Assembly: GCA_964016885.1 (NCBI GenBank)
Contig: OZ024763.1
Coordinates: 20,460,001-20,524,000, forward strand
Direction: 5' to 3'
Length of the DNA: 64,000 bases
Origin: Eledone cirrhosa
Taxonomy: Eukaryota
The first letter of the stretch is position 1. Each line of letters opens with the position of its first letter. Shown piece after piece: positions 27,159 through 44,049 of the stretch. The translations under genes were made by a program, and so were the position numbers. A model generated the notes under the pieces. It was not told the origin of the DNA and ran no database searches. It saw only the letters and a program-made list of their open reading frames with translations.

Positions 27159-28659
27159 AATATGGTTTTATAAATATAGTTTCCATTTGTTAATATATCA
27201 TATATATGTACACATATATATATATCCCATAACTCCTTGTGGAGTTGTAGAGGCACCATCATACAGCCTAACCCTCTCCAGGCCTGAACACAGCCAATTT
27301 TTTTTTCTACAGTGGAAGAGTCGACCCCCAGTACTGGACTGGTACTTTTTTTAATCGACCTCTAAAGGATGAAAGGTAAAGTTGACTACGGCAGGATTTG
27401 AACTCAGAGCACGCAATGAGGTGGGACGAATACCATAAATCATTCTATCATCATCATCATCATTTCATTTTACGTCCGCTTCTTCCCTGCTTGCAAGGGT
27501 GGGACGGGAACTGATTCTGGCTTGATTTCTACAGCTGGATGCCCTCCCTAACACCAACCTCATTTACAGTGAGTGCTGGGTGCTTTTTTGCCATGGCACC
27601 TCCACGACCACTTTGCAGTGGAATGATAGGGACCCCTGTCCCTATCATCTCAGTTCTACAGCTGAGTAAACTGGAGCAATGTGAAATAAAGTGTCTTGCC
27701 CAAGGAAACAACACATCACCCGGTCTGAGAATTGAACTCACAACCTTTCGATTGCAAGGCCAATGCTCTAACCACTAAGCCATGTGCCTCCATCTGACAT
27801 CTTAACGACTCTGCCAATTTGCCACCTTAAATAGCTAAAGTGGGCCATAACAAATTCCAGCTGGGCTACAGAAATTTTATAATTTGTATCTTTATTGGAT
27901 ATATTCTATCTAAAATGGAAGTAATTTTTTACACTATAATAATTTCATGGACCACAGAAAAATCTGGGATTCAAAGTGGGCCATAAGCTAAAAAAAAAGG
28001 TTAAGAACCACTGTTCCAGCCCACAGGCTGAGGTCATGCTGGGACACCGCCATAGATATTACTTATTTGTCATTATCAGCACCACCAGCATCGACATCAT
28101 CATCATCACCATTACAACCACCATCACCATTACCACCACCAGCATCACCATCACCAGCACCACCATCACCATTACAACCACCATCACTTATTACCATTAC
28201 CATCACCACCACCACCACCACCATATCACTGTTCCATGTCTATTTTCCAATGTTTTCAAAGGTTAGAAGTGTTGTAACGTTGTGAAGTTAGACATTTCAA
28301 GCGACCGTGTCTTGTTCACGCTCATATGTTACACTATGGTATGGTTTCTACAGTTGGATGCCTTTCCAAATGCCAGCCACTTCCCAGCACATACTGGCTG
28401 TGCTTGTTTTTTAAACAAGGCAACAACACCACCATCTAACAATGTGGACCAAGTGTTTTGTTATCACTGTACCAGCATTCTCAATTTATCACATGAGCTG
28501 GGTGCATTTTATTGTGGCACACACCAGCATTATCACTTTACAGAGTGGACTGGGTGCTTTTTATTGTGGCACCAGCATTATCATTTTATAGAGAGTTGCT
28601 AGGTGCTACTTATTGTGGCATAAGCATTATCACACTACAGATAGTAGTGCCAGGTAAAG

Positions 28660-29330
28660 CCACTCACTTCTCTGAAATGAGAGATCTCAGCTTCGATACT
28701 ACAGGCATGTGTGTTAGAAAGTCTCAGGATAGAATCACTGGACAGATTTGAGACATCACAGCTCTGATATTATGGACATATTGTAGGAATGTCTCAGGAA
28801 AGAATCACTGGACAGATTTGAGAGATCACAGCTCTGATACTATGGGCATGTGGTTACAATATCTCAGGACAGAATCACAGGATAGATTTTACTGGCAAAA
28901 CCAACTGGCAGGAGACCCAGGGGTAGATCATGAACAAGATGGTTGGATAACATCCATGAGCTTGGCTGGTCTCGCTTAGGGATCCAGCCGAATCAGTTGG
29001 AGATGGTTGCTTCTGACAGGAGACCCAGGGGTAGACCCCAAGCAAGATGGTTGGATAACATCCATGAGCTTGGCTGGTCTTGCTTAGGGATGGTTACTTC
29101 TGACAAGACCCGGTGGTAGGAGTGATTGAGAACTCTGCTCCCTACAAACATTTCTGAAATAAGTGGGCGAAGAAGAAGATTAGATGATGTTAAACATCAC
29201 ATGGCGAGATTGAAAAACCGACGAATGGATTAGAAAATATATTTTTCGACATCCTAGAAATTATTAGTGAAACAAAATGGAAGTGGGTGGGACATATTGC
29301 CAGAATAACTGAAACAGATGGACCCCCCCA
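28660..29330 (+). mobile_element. Degenerate RTE (Expander/Rex3-like) 3' fragments with internal duplications
   Basis: RSQL.YYGH.VRMSQER...RPRGRP..RWLDNI motif. The same family is at 53600-54095 and 56255-56450. Confidence 0.7.
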
Positions 29331-29385
29331 CCTCCCATATGTCACTTTCTAGACCCCACAAGTCATACAAAAAACCAAGGATTTA

Positions 29386-30225
29386 TACATAGGTGCAGAC
29401 ATGGCTGTGTGGTTAATGGGTTTACATAGGTGTAGGTATGGCTGTGTGGTTAAGGAGTTTACATAGGTACAGGTATGGCTGTGTGGTTAATGGGTTTACA
29501 TAGGTGTAGGTATGGCTGTGTGGTTAAGGAGTTTACATAGGTGTAGGTATGGCTGTGTGGTTAAGGTGTTATACCTAGGTGCAGGTATGGCTGTGTGGTT
29601 AAGGAGTTATACATAGGTACAGGTATGGCTGTGTGGTTAATGGGTTTACATAGGTGTAGGTATGGCTGTGTGGTTAAGGAGTTTACATAGGTGTAGGTAT
29701 GGCTGTGTGGTTAAGGAGTTTACATAGGTACAGGTATGGCTGTGTGGTTAAGGAGTTATACATAGGTGCAGGTATAGCTGTGTGGTTAAGGAGTTATACA
29801 TAGGTGTAGGTATGGCTGTGTGGTTAAGGAGTTATACATAGGTGTAGGTATGGCTGTGTGGTTAATGAGTTTACATAGGTGTAGGTATGGCTGTGTGGTT
29901 AATGAGTTTACATAGGTGTAGGTATGGCTGTGTGGTTAACACTGTAGCATTTAAACCGGCTGTATCCGGCCGTAGTTCTTTCCCCTTTTTCTGTTCAAGC
30001 CGGCCATAACTGGCCACTTATGTTAAGGTATTTTTCTCAAAATAAATAACATAAAAATCTTGTAGATTCGATATTATGTGAGGTAAAGCCTTTACCATGA
30101 AAATACTATAGTATATATAGAGTAATGTAAATGCTAAAGGGTTAAGGTATTATACATAGGTGTAGGTGTGGTTCTGTGGTTAATGAGTTATACACAGGTA
30201 CAGGTATGGCTGTGTGGTTAAGGAA
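29386..30225. repeat. 37-bp minisatellite, about 15 units before the MITE and 2 after
   Basis: Unit acataggtgtaggtatggctgtgtggttaaggagttt. Confidence 0.92.
29940..30141. mobile_element. TTAA-flanked piggyBac-like MITE
   Basis: Ends related to ccctttagcattta...taaatgctaaaggg, inserted in the TTAA of a minisatellite unit. Other copies at 52-420 and 55527-56031. Confidence 0.75.
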
Positions 30226-30674
30226 ATTGCTTTTTGGATTCAATCCTACTCCCATTCTAAGTTATAACATTCTTGATAGCAAACCAGCTGAAACATCCCC
30301 TGGTCCTACAATACTAAGCTGTTTTCTATCATAATTTCATAAGAACCTTTGTTAAGTTATGTCCCAAACACCAACTTAACAAGAAAGTTAGTTACATTAC
30401 AAAATCTCTCCACACTTTTTAATATTTTCAAAATTGTTCGTAAATCCTTGGCAGTGTTTTTCATTAGAAATATGGTAACGAAAGTGTTTATATTTTTTTA
30501 AAATAGTACAAATGTTTGTATTTGCTTAAAATATTTAAATAATAATAATAATAAAAATAATCGCATTGTAGAAATTTGTATTTTTCTGGTTTTCTAAGAC
30601 TGGAAATGTATTATGTTTGTTAAAACTTAATATATCTGTAATAAATATTTTCTTTATAATCATATAATTATAAT

Positions 30675-33666
<2,992 letters not shown>

Positions 33667-33686
33667 GCATCTTCATTGTGTTGAGT

Positions 33687-33925
33687 CTAAAACTTGGCTA
33701 TGATTTCTCTGACACTGGTGTAGGTACCCGTTGCAAATCCTGTTATACCAATGAACAAAATGAAGATATTCTTAGCAATGGTCAGTCCAGACAGGTGTTC
33801 ACCTTCGGCAGAATATGTCACCATCTCGATGAGAGGTGGAAAGATTAGTGCGAGTCCACTGCTTGCAAATGCTCCAATCAAAGAAATCAAGAGATCCAGA
33901 TGAGGTACAAATGATGCGAAACCAG
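33687..33925 (-). CDS. SLC36 terminal coding exon
   Basis: [33 protein letters not shown]...[16 protein letters not shown], the typical SLC36 C-terminus. Confidence 0.93.
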
Positions 33926-33934
33926 CTGTTGATT

Positions 33935-34330
33935 TTGGTTTGGTTTGGTTTGGTTTTGATTGGTTTGGTTTGGTTTGAGTTAAGATGAGTTGAATTCAGT
34001 TGAGTTAGGTTGGGTTAGGTTAGGTTGAATTAATTTAAGTTGAGTTGAGTCAAGTCGAGTCGAGTGAAGTTGTGTTGAATTGAGTTGAGTTGGGTTAAGT
34101 TGAGTTGAGTTGAGTTGAGTTGAGTTGAGTTGAGTTGGGTTAAGTTGAGTTGAGTTGAGTTGAGTTGAGTTGAATGAAGTTGAGTTGAGTTGAGTTGAGT
34201 TGAGTTGAATGAAGTTGAGTTGAGTTGAGTCGAGTTGAATTAAGATGAGTTGAGTTGAGTCGAGTTGAATTAAGATGAGTTGAGTTGAGTCGAGTTGAAT
34301 TAAGATGAGTTGAGTTGGAGTGGAGTTGGT
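33935..34330. repeat. (TTTGG)n/(TTGAG)n pentanucleotide array
   Basis: Direct inspection. It abuts the acceptor of the last SLC36 exon. Confidence 0.92.
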
Positions 34331-34783
34331 AAGACACGTGTGAAATAAACAGAGAGAGAAAGAGAGGTAGAAAAAGAAAAAAAAAGACAGTGTTAGTGAG
34401 TGAAATAAAAACAAAACAGAAACAACAACAAACAAAAAAGAGAAAGTAAAATATTGTTAAAGATGGCTGTGTGGTAAAGGGGTTCACTTTGTAACCACAT
34501 GGTTCAGGTCTCAGTGTCCACATGTGGCACCTTGGGCTTTTAATATTTAATGTAGTGTTGTGTTGATCAATGCTTTGTGAGTGAAAGTTAGCTGACAGAG
34601 ACTGCCTGGAAGCCTCTCATACATATATATGTGGATATGTAATGTATCATCATCATCATCATCATTGTTTAACGTCTATCTTCCAAGCTAGCATGGGTTA
34701 GACGCGAATTGTCCCACTTGAAGCAAGATTGATCGGGTGACTGTCTCGCTCGTAGAGGACTATATGTATGTATATATATATAT

Positions 34784-34821
<38 letters not shown>

Positions 34822-34823
34822 TG

Positions 34824-34916
<93 letters not shown>

Positions 34917-35101
34917 TATATACATATATATACATACATATATATATATACATATATATATACATATGTATATATACATATATATATATACATACATATA
35001 TATCTATATATACATATGTATATATACATATATATATATACATATGTATATATATATATTATACATATATATATATACATATATATATATACATATGTAT
35101 A

Positions 35102-35133
<32 letters not shown>

Positions 35134-35268
35134 CATATATACATATATACATATACATATATATATATATATAGCGGCGATGAATTATAGTACCATGGAG
35201 CTTCCAACAGTAATGGTTACATTTTATAAGGGCATGTCAATATTTATTTATAAAACTGATCTATATTA

Positions 35269-35333
35269 TATTTTGTCTGATGAAAGCACACCATAATTTA
35301 ACTTGGTATCCTTGAAATATGTATAATGAAATA
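35269..35333 (+). ncRNA. Type I hammerhead ribozyme (family B)
   Basis: tattttgt-CTGATGA-aagcacacc...ggtatcctt-GAAatatgtatA-atgaaata, inside the shared element at about 35235-35465. Confidence 0.62.
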
Positions 35334-35460
35334 AATATGGTTTTATAAATATAGTTTCCATTTGTTAATATCGTATGTTTACTCCAAATACTTGTTGAGT
35401 GCTTTATATCAGTTATAAAAATATTTGCTTGTTGTATCCCAACAATTTAAATAGAACTTT

Positions 35461-35621
<161 letters not shown>

Positions 35622-35676
35622 ATATATATATATATGTGTGTATATATATATATATATGTGTGTATATATATATATA

Positions 35677-35709
<33 letters not shown>

Positions 35710-36036
35710 GTGTATATATATATATATCTGTGTTTATATATATATGTGTATGTATATATATATATATATATATATGTGTGTATATATATATATGTGTGTA
35801 TATATATATATATGTGTGTATATATATATATATGTGTGTGTATATATATATATATGTGTATATATATATATATATGTGTGTGTATTATATATATAATGTG
35901 TATATATATATGTGTATATATATATATGTGTATATATATATATATATGTGTATATATATATATATGTGTATGTATATATATATATTATATATATATATAT
36001 ATGTATGTATATATATATATATATATATATAATATG

Positions 36037-36274
<238 letters not shown>

Positions 36275-36287
36275 GTATATAAATATG

Positions 36288-36326
<39 letters not shown>

Positions 36327-36691
36327 GTATATAAATATGTATATCATCATCATCATCATCATTTCATTTTACGTCCATTTTTCCCTGCTTGCAAGGGTGG
36401 GACGGGAACTGATTCTGGCTTGATTTCTACAGCTGGATGCCCTTCCTAACACCAACCTCATTTACAGTGAGTGCTGGGTGCTTTTTGCCGTTGCACCTCC
36501 ACGACCACTTTACAGTGGAATGATAGGGATCCCAGTCCCTATCATCTCATTTCTACAGCTGAGTAAACTGGAGCAATGTGAAATAAAGTGTCTTGCTCAA
36601 GGAAACAACACATCACCCGGTCTGAGAATTGAACTCACAACCTTTCGATTGCAAGGCCAATGCTCTAACCACTAAGCCATGTGCCTCCACC

Positions 36692-36998
<307 letters not shown>

Positions 36999-37347
36999 AT
37001 ATATATATATATGTGTATATATATATATGTGTATATATATATATATATATGTGTGTATATATATATATGTGTGTGTACATTATATATATATATATATATA
37101 TATATAGGCGTGTGGTTGAGAGGTAAGAGAATGGGACTCGCAATCCTGAGATTGTGAGTTCGATTCCTGGACCGGGCAATCCGTTATGACCTCGAGCAAG
37201 ACACTTTATTTCATGTTGTTCCTTCTACATGGAGTTGCAACCGATAGATAGTATTAGTAGTATTAGTAATTGGAAAGACCAACGGAAACATTGTTTCCTC
37301 GGTCCGATTGGACGAAAGTCGATCGACTATATATATATATGTGTGTG

Positions 37348-37380
<33 letters not shown>

Positions 37381-37691
37381 CATCATCATCATTTTACGTC
37401 CGCTTTTCCCTGCTTGCAGGGGTGGGACGGGAACTGATTCTGGCTTGATTTCTACAGCTGGATACCCTTCCTAACACCAACCTCATTTCCAGTGAGTGCT
37501 GGGTGCTTTGTTGCCGTGGCACCTCCACGTCCACTTTACAGTTGAATGACCCCAGTCCCTATCATCTCATTTCGATAGCTGAGTAAACTGGAGCAATGTG
37601 AAATAAAGTGTCTTGCTCAAGGAAACAACAACACATCACCCGGTCTGAGAATTGAACTCACAACCTTTCGATTGCATGCTCTAACCACTAA

Positions 37692-37755
<64 letters not shown>

Positions 37756-38514
37756 TACTTTATTATAAATTTTTTATAAATTTCCAGTTGGTTGGTTCAA
37801 TAACTGGATGGTTGTTTGTATATTGTCAAAGCTTTCAAGAGACACAAAATAAAAACCTAGCCACTGAGGAGGTCACTAGAAAGCTGTCAATATTATCCAC
37901 TAAATCCCTTTAAGAGGCTGTAGTCAAATGACCGAAAAGTCTGTCTTCAGCCATATAATGTTTGTTAAGCCGGTGCTGATCTCGGTTTCATGGTGTGAAG
38001 TGACTGAGAGTACAAGACTCCTCTCTGGACAGGACGCCAGTCCGTCACAGGGTTAAACTCACAGCTATTGCTGGTACACATTTACAACAGAGTATACTGG
38101 AGCAACGTGAAATGAAGTTTTTTGCTCAAGAATATACAGTATAGTAGTTAGTGTTACTGGTCATCAGACATTAGTGTTCCTAGGAGCAACACTGCCCAAG
38201 AATCAAACCCATGACATTTTAAACATAGGTCCAACACCCTTACCACTAGGCTACACATCTCCACTATCTATGACTACATTATCTAATATACAGTATAATG
38301 TTACTGCTACTGGTCATCAGACGTTCCTTGGATCAACCCAGTCCAGGAATCGAACCCACGACACTATGATCGTAAGTCCAACACTCTTACTACTAGGGCA
38401 AACACCTCTACTATCTAAGACTGAAACTGATAGGGAAATAAAAAAGAAAAACATAACAACAAAAGACAAAAAAAGCTCAAAAGATACAAACAAAAAAAAA
38501 AAAAACACACTTAC

Positions 38515-38687
38515 TTAGTGCTACAATTAAGATGGCTCGTAGAGAATAGTCGATAATTTGGCTGCGTAAGGTTGTTCCAAACCTTTCTAGAATTGGTGTA
38601 CTCAACAAATTCATTGGAACATAGAACTGTATACCATAGGATATGAAGATCGCGACAGCAAACAACAGCTTTACACTTGTGTACCAC
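38515..38687 (-). CDS. SLC36 exon
   Basis: WYTSVKLLFAVAIFISYGIQFYVP...IIDYSLRAILIVAL. Phase-consistent. Confidence 0.93.
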
Positions 38688-38766
38688 CTGGCAAGGACAG
38701 GTAAAAAACAGTTGAGAGTTTAATACAATCAGTAAATTTCCAGTCACAGTAATTATACATTACAGA

Positions 38767-38800
<34 letters not shown>

Positions 38801-38803
<3 letters not shown>

Positions 38804-39006
38804 AATTAGAAAGTGAACAACACAAAATATAATACTTCATTACCAAAGGTTTCTGGATCCCAGACAATATTAATATACGTCTGGATCGGTCATCAGATAG
38901 ATGTCATCTGTCTGATGACTGATCCAGACGTATATTAATATTGTCTGGGATCCAGAAACCTTTGGTAATGGAGTATTATATTTTGTGTTATCACTTTCTA
39001 ATTAAA
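38801..39006. repeat. About 205-bp palindrome with a hammerhead-like motif in each arm (family E)
   Basis: Arms are near-perfect reverse complements. CTGATGA(38912)-ctgatccagac...gtctgggatcca-GAAACC ttt GGTA, with the same motif on the minus strand. Confidence 0.7.
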
Positions 39007-39704
39007 TAGCTCTGTTCTATACATAGAGCACGCTTTTTCCTTTGCTTTTCCTTCGGAATTACCTGACACATATAAATATATATCATCATCATCATCATTT
39101 AAAGTCTATCTTCCACGCTAGTATGGGTTTAGACGGGAATTGTCCCACTTGAGGCAAGGTTTGGTCGGGTGACTGTGTCTCGCTCGTATAGGACTATCTG
39201 GCAGGTTTTCGACGGCTGGATGCCCTTCCTAACACCAACCACATTTACAGTGTGGACTGGGAGGTTTTTACTGTGTTACCTACACGGCCACATTACAGCG
39301 TGGACTGTGTGTTTTTTTGTCGTGACACCTACACGATCTCATTTACTTAGGACTGGATGTTCTGGTACCAAACATAACTTTACAGAGAAAGGGTGGTGTT
39401 GGTGTGAGTGGGAGGATGAAGTAGGGGTAGTGGGTTGGGGTGTATATTTGGTTAAGAGGTGCCTACTGACTGTAGGTTTCGCTTTGTACATAAGCAAGGC
39501 GGGTCTTCTGTATTACTGCGTGGCGCCAAAGATCTCAGTCCAGTGACATTGTCTTAGAGAGGTGCAAGTGTGTAAGGTTGGAATTTATCAAATCATCCCA
39601 GGTTTTTCTGGGTCTACCTACTCCGTAACTTCCATCAATTTTGATAGCCCTGCACTTTTTTATAGAGCTGTATAAAAATATATATATATATTTATGATAT
39701 TTTA

Positions 39705-39907
39705 CAGGGTGGGCCAGAATTTATGACTCACTTGATTATTTATAAATAAAAATCCTGTGAGGCATATTAGTAAATAAAAATATAAATTAAGAAACCTGCT
39801 AAGCATATTAAGAAATAAAATAATAAATTAAAACAGTACAATAACAATAAAATAAGCATGTTAAAAAATATAACTATCAAGCGAGTCGTGAATTCTGGCC
39901 CTCCTTG
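39705..39907. mobile_element. Tc1/mariner-type MITE
   Basis: TIRs cagggtgggccagaatttatgactcacttgat / atcaagcgagtcgtgaattctggccctccttg with TA flanks. Confidence 0.75.
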
Positions 39908-40230
39908 TATATATAAAATTGAGCGATTTCCGTCCATCTGCCACACGATGTGTGTGAGTGTGTGACTGTATGTGCGTGTGAATATATGTGTGTATGTATT
40001 TGTTTGTGTGAATGTATGTCTGTGTGTTTGTGTGAATGTATGTCTGTGTGTTTGTGTGAATGTATGTCTGTGTGTGTGAATATATGTGAATATATGTCTA
40101 TCAGTGTGTATTTTTGCAAGTGTGTCCGTCTGTGCGTATATATTTCTATACTCATACATTGATTTCCATGTGTCTAATACACGTGAGCATGCCCACAAAC
40201 TTTCGGAAACATTTTTTCAGAGTTGCTGAA

Positions 40231-40648
40231 GCATGGAAAAAACTCTCTGCATCAGTTGTTAGCTGTCGAGACACTACATCCTTTAAAACCTCCATGGAAA
40301 AAACTCTCTGCATCAGTTATTAGCTGTCAAGACACTGCATCCTTTAAAACCTCCATGGAACAAACTCCCTGCATCAGTTATTAGCTGTCAAGACACTGCA
40401 TCCTTTAAAACCTCCATGGAACAAACTCCCTGCATCAGTTATTAGCTGTCGAGACACTGCATCCTTTAAAACTTCCATGGAACAAACTCCCTGCATCAGT
40501 TATTAGCTGTTGAGACACTGGATCCTTTAAAACCTCCATGGAACAAACTCCCTGCATCAGTTATTAGCTGTCAAGACACTGCATCCTTTAAAACCTCCAT
40601 GGAACAAACTCCCTGCATCAGTTATTAGCTGTCGAGACACTACATCCT
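40231..40648. repeat. 61-bp tandem repeat (about 7 units) derived from the CR1 ORF2 3' end
   Basis: Unit atggaacaaactccctgcatcagttattagctgtcaagacactgcatcctttaaaacctcc resembles the reverse complement of 50165-50226. Confidence 0.9.
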
Positions 40649-41025
40649 TGAGCAAGACACTTTATTTCACATTGCTCCAGTTTACTCAGCTGTAGAAATG
40701 AGATGATAGGGACTGGGGTCCATATCATTCCACTGCAAAGTGGTCGTGGAGGTGCCATGGCAAAAAAAGCACCCAGCACTCACTGTAAATGAGGTTGGTG
40801 TTAGGAAGGGCATCCAGCTGTAGAAATCAAGCCAAAATCAGTTCCCGTCCCACCCTTGCAAGCAGGGAAAAAGCAGACGTAAAATGAAATGATGATGTTG
40901 ATGATGATGATTATATAAATGTATACATATGCGCATATGCACATACACACATGCATTACATACACACATATGTGTCACCCTGTCAAAAAAAAATGCTAGT
41001 GTTTGAAAAGAAGAGAAGAACTCAC

Positions 41026-41201
41026 CATGATCCAGGTAGATTTATTGTTATACTGCTGTTAATGTCATCAGTGAAACAGAGGTAACCATAGAATCCTAGG
41101 GAGCTATAAAGACTGACCACTATGGCCATGCCGAGGTTTAGCACTCCTGTCCAGCCTGGGAAGTCTTGAGGTTTTCTCATTTTGTTTTCAATTGGAAGAA
41201 C
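41026..41201 (-). CDS. SLC36 exon
   Basis: [58 protein letters not shown](W). Donor gtgagt. Confidence 0.93.
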
Positions 41202-41401
41202 CTTGAAGGAGGGAACGAAGGAGAGAAGGATTAAAAGATATATATTGATAGAGAGAGAGAGTAAATAGGAAATATGGGGAAAACATGAAAAGACAAACTA
41301 GAAAAAAATAGAGATCTTTATCATACATGTATAATATATATATATATTTGTGTGTGTGTGTGTGTATTTATTTATACACACACACACACGCACGCACACA
41401 T

Positions 41402-41443
<42 letters not shown>

Positions 41444-41826
41444 CATATATATATATTTATTAACAATAACAGATTAAGCAAAGAATCGCTGCTTTCACCC
41501 TTAACGTTTTATATATATTATCCTTATCGAGCCCTCTTTCGATTTTAGTCTTCACAATTATTATTATTACTATATATATATCAGTATTGGTGCTCTGAAA
41601 TAGTGATGTATACATGAATGTATGTATAGTATATTTGGCAATATACCGTATGTTTAATTAAAAACATTTAGAAGACCATTCGCTATGAGCTTTAAAGTAG
41701 TAACTATGTCACTTACTTATTCTCGGCAAAAACAAAGGGAGAGTGATCGACAGTCTGTTTCTCACTTGTTGGCGTTAATCAAGACCACACACTCCCTTGC
41801 CTTTGTCGATATACATATATATTAAT

Positions 41827-42176
41827 GGAGGCACATGGCTTAATGGTTAGAGCATTGGCCTTGCAATCGAAAGGTTGTGAGTTCAATTCTCAGACCGGGT
41901 GATGTGTTGTTTCCTTGAACAAGACACTTTATTTCACATTGCTCCAGTTTACTCAGCTGTAGAAATGAGATGATAGGGACTGGGGTCCCTATCATTCCAC
42001 TGCAAAGTGGTCGTGGAGGTGCCACGGCAAAAAAGCACCCAGCACTCACTGTAAATGAGGTTGGTGTTAGGAAGGGCATCCAGCTGTAGAAATAAAGCCA
42101 GCATCAGTTGCCGTCCCACCCTTGCAAGCAGGGAAAAGCAGACGTAAAATGAAATGATGATGATGATGATGATGAT
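41827..42176 (+). mobile_element. tRNA-derived SINE family 1 (CORE-like middle, RTE-derived tail)
   Basis: A box tggctta(g/a)tgg, B box gagttcaattc, middle cttgagcaagacactt and a (GAT)n tail. Copies at 1449-1792, 12090-12380, 12785-13080, 25050-25432, 27447-27791, 36344-36690, 37380-37695, 40646-40910, 42595-42920 and 53345-53512. Confidence 0.88.
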
Positions 42177-42219
42177 GTGTGTGTGTGTGTGTGTGTGTAG
42201 AAGCGTATGTATGACTTAC

Positions 42220-42495
42220 CAGACTGATGCCCTCAAAGGAATAGACAGCAATGCCAAAGAACATGGGTAGCTGGGAGAAGCTGGTATAGAGATGCACCTC
42301 TGACATTGGCTTGAGGTTCTGGACGATGTACTGGTAAATAATGACCAGACCAATGATGGTGATGAGATTGGCCAGCAGAGAGAAGACGGCCAACATCTTG
42401 AGGTTGCGTATGAAACAGTACGGAATGAGGAAGATAGTAACCATCCACATATAGCCAGTAACGTCCCAGTTGGTGATAAGAAGGATGTCTATTAC
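42220..42495 (-). CDS. SLC36 exon (276 nt, phase 0/0)
   Basis: VIDILL...IRNLKMLAVFSLLAN...LPMFFGIAVYSFEGISL, with acceptor ctacag and donor gtaagt. Confidence 0.93.
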
Positions 42496-43498
42496 CTGTA
42501 GATGGAGAAGACAGACAATGGGGATGTTAAAATTAAAGTACCAGTAACGTGCTATGGTCAATTTACTAACCCTAACCCTAATTGCATCGTAGAAGGAGGC
42601 ACATGGCTTAGTGGTTAGAGCATTGGCCTTGCAATCGATAGGTTGTGAGTTCAATTCTCAGACCGGGTGATGTGTTGTTTCCTTGAGCAAGACACTTTAT
42701 TTCAGATTGCTCCAGTTTACTCAGCTGTAGAAATGAGATGATAGGGACTGGGGTCCCTATCACTCCACTGCAAAGTGGTCGTAGAGGTGCCACGGAAAAA
42801 AAGCACCCAGCACTCACTGTAAATGAGGTTGGTGTTAGGAAGGGCATCCAGCTGTAGAAATCAAGCCAGAATCAGTTCCCGTCCCACCCTTGCAAGCAGG
42901 GAAAAGCGGACGTAAAATGAAACGAAACGAAACGAAACGAAGCTGGGTGGAGTGACTGCCAACAATAACAAGCCGAGAAATATTTGACCAAAAAATGAAT
43001 GGCTTATAAATGAATGGCTTATATTAGCCATCTAAACATGTATTGATTGGCTGATTTCAGCACAGTCATCAGTTTTGGGAGAGGGGAAAGTCGATTAAAT
43101 CAACCCCAGTGCATTACTGGTACTTTATTTTATTGACCCTGTAAGGATGAAAGGTAAAGTTAACTTCGGTGGGATTTGAATTCAAAATGTAAAAGGCCAT
43201 AACTCTATGCCGTAAATTATGTTGTCCGACACTCTACTGATTATTGCCAATCCGCCGCTCAGCTCCCCATAATAATAATAATAACAATAATAATAATGAT
43301 GATTTCTCGTATAGGCACAAGGCCAGTAATTCGGGGGGGGGGGGGTCGATGAAATTGACCCCAGTGCATTACTAGTACTTTATTTATCGACCCCGTAAGG
43401 ATGAAAGGCAAAGTTAACCTCGGTGGAATTTGACCTCAGAATGTAAAGGGCCATAACTCTATGCTGCCTAACGCTCTACCGATACTGCCAATCCAATA

Positions 43499-43760
43499 GT
43501 GCAAGAAAAGGAGGAGGAGAAAATTAACCGATACCAGGATTTAAAGTGGGAGTTAAAAAGGATTTGGAACTGTCATAAGATCAAGGCTGTCCCGATTGTC
43601 ATCGGAGCACTAGGTACTATCTTGAAGAGTTTTCAAGGATGGTTAAAGAACATTAGTCCAACACCCCCTTTTTTAGAACATTTCAAAAGGCATGCTTGCT
43701 GAGAACAGCAAGAACCCACTGATACGTGCTGAATATCTGAGGCTGCAGGTAGTGGCTTGA
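43499..43760 (+). mobile_element. R4/Dong-like non-LTR RLE C-terminal fragment
   Basis: EEKINRYQDLKWELKRIW...VPIVIGALG. Confidence 0.7.
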
Positions 43761-44049
43761 TGGTCATTTCAACAAACTTTTCAGTTAAATAACATTAATT
43801 ACTGAAACTCCAATAATAATAATTGTTTCTACTTTTGACACAAGGCCAACAATTATCCCAGTGTATTACTGGTACTTTGTTTTATCGACCCCGTGGATGA
43901 AAGGCAAAGTTAACCTCGGCGGGATTTGAACTCAGATCGTAAAGGGACGTAACTCTGTGTTTCAAAACATGGCGTCCGACCCTCTACCGATGCTGCCAGT
44001 CCACCGCCCACAACAACAACAATAATAAAGAACAAGAAGAGTTACTCAC

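Noticed and set aside
29386-29940. CRISPR-like 37-bp periodicity
   Set aside because: Head-to-tail units with no unique spacers, no cas genes, and a eukaryotic context.
41827-41900. tRNA-like sequence with a TGC anticodon-like loop
   Set aside because: It has no proper acceptor stem and is always fused to the SINE body, so it is a SINE head and not a tRNA gene.
42566-42581. Telomere-like ctaaccctaaccctaa
   Set aside because: Fewer than three units, so not meaningful.
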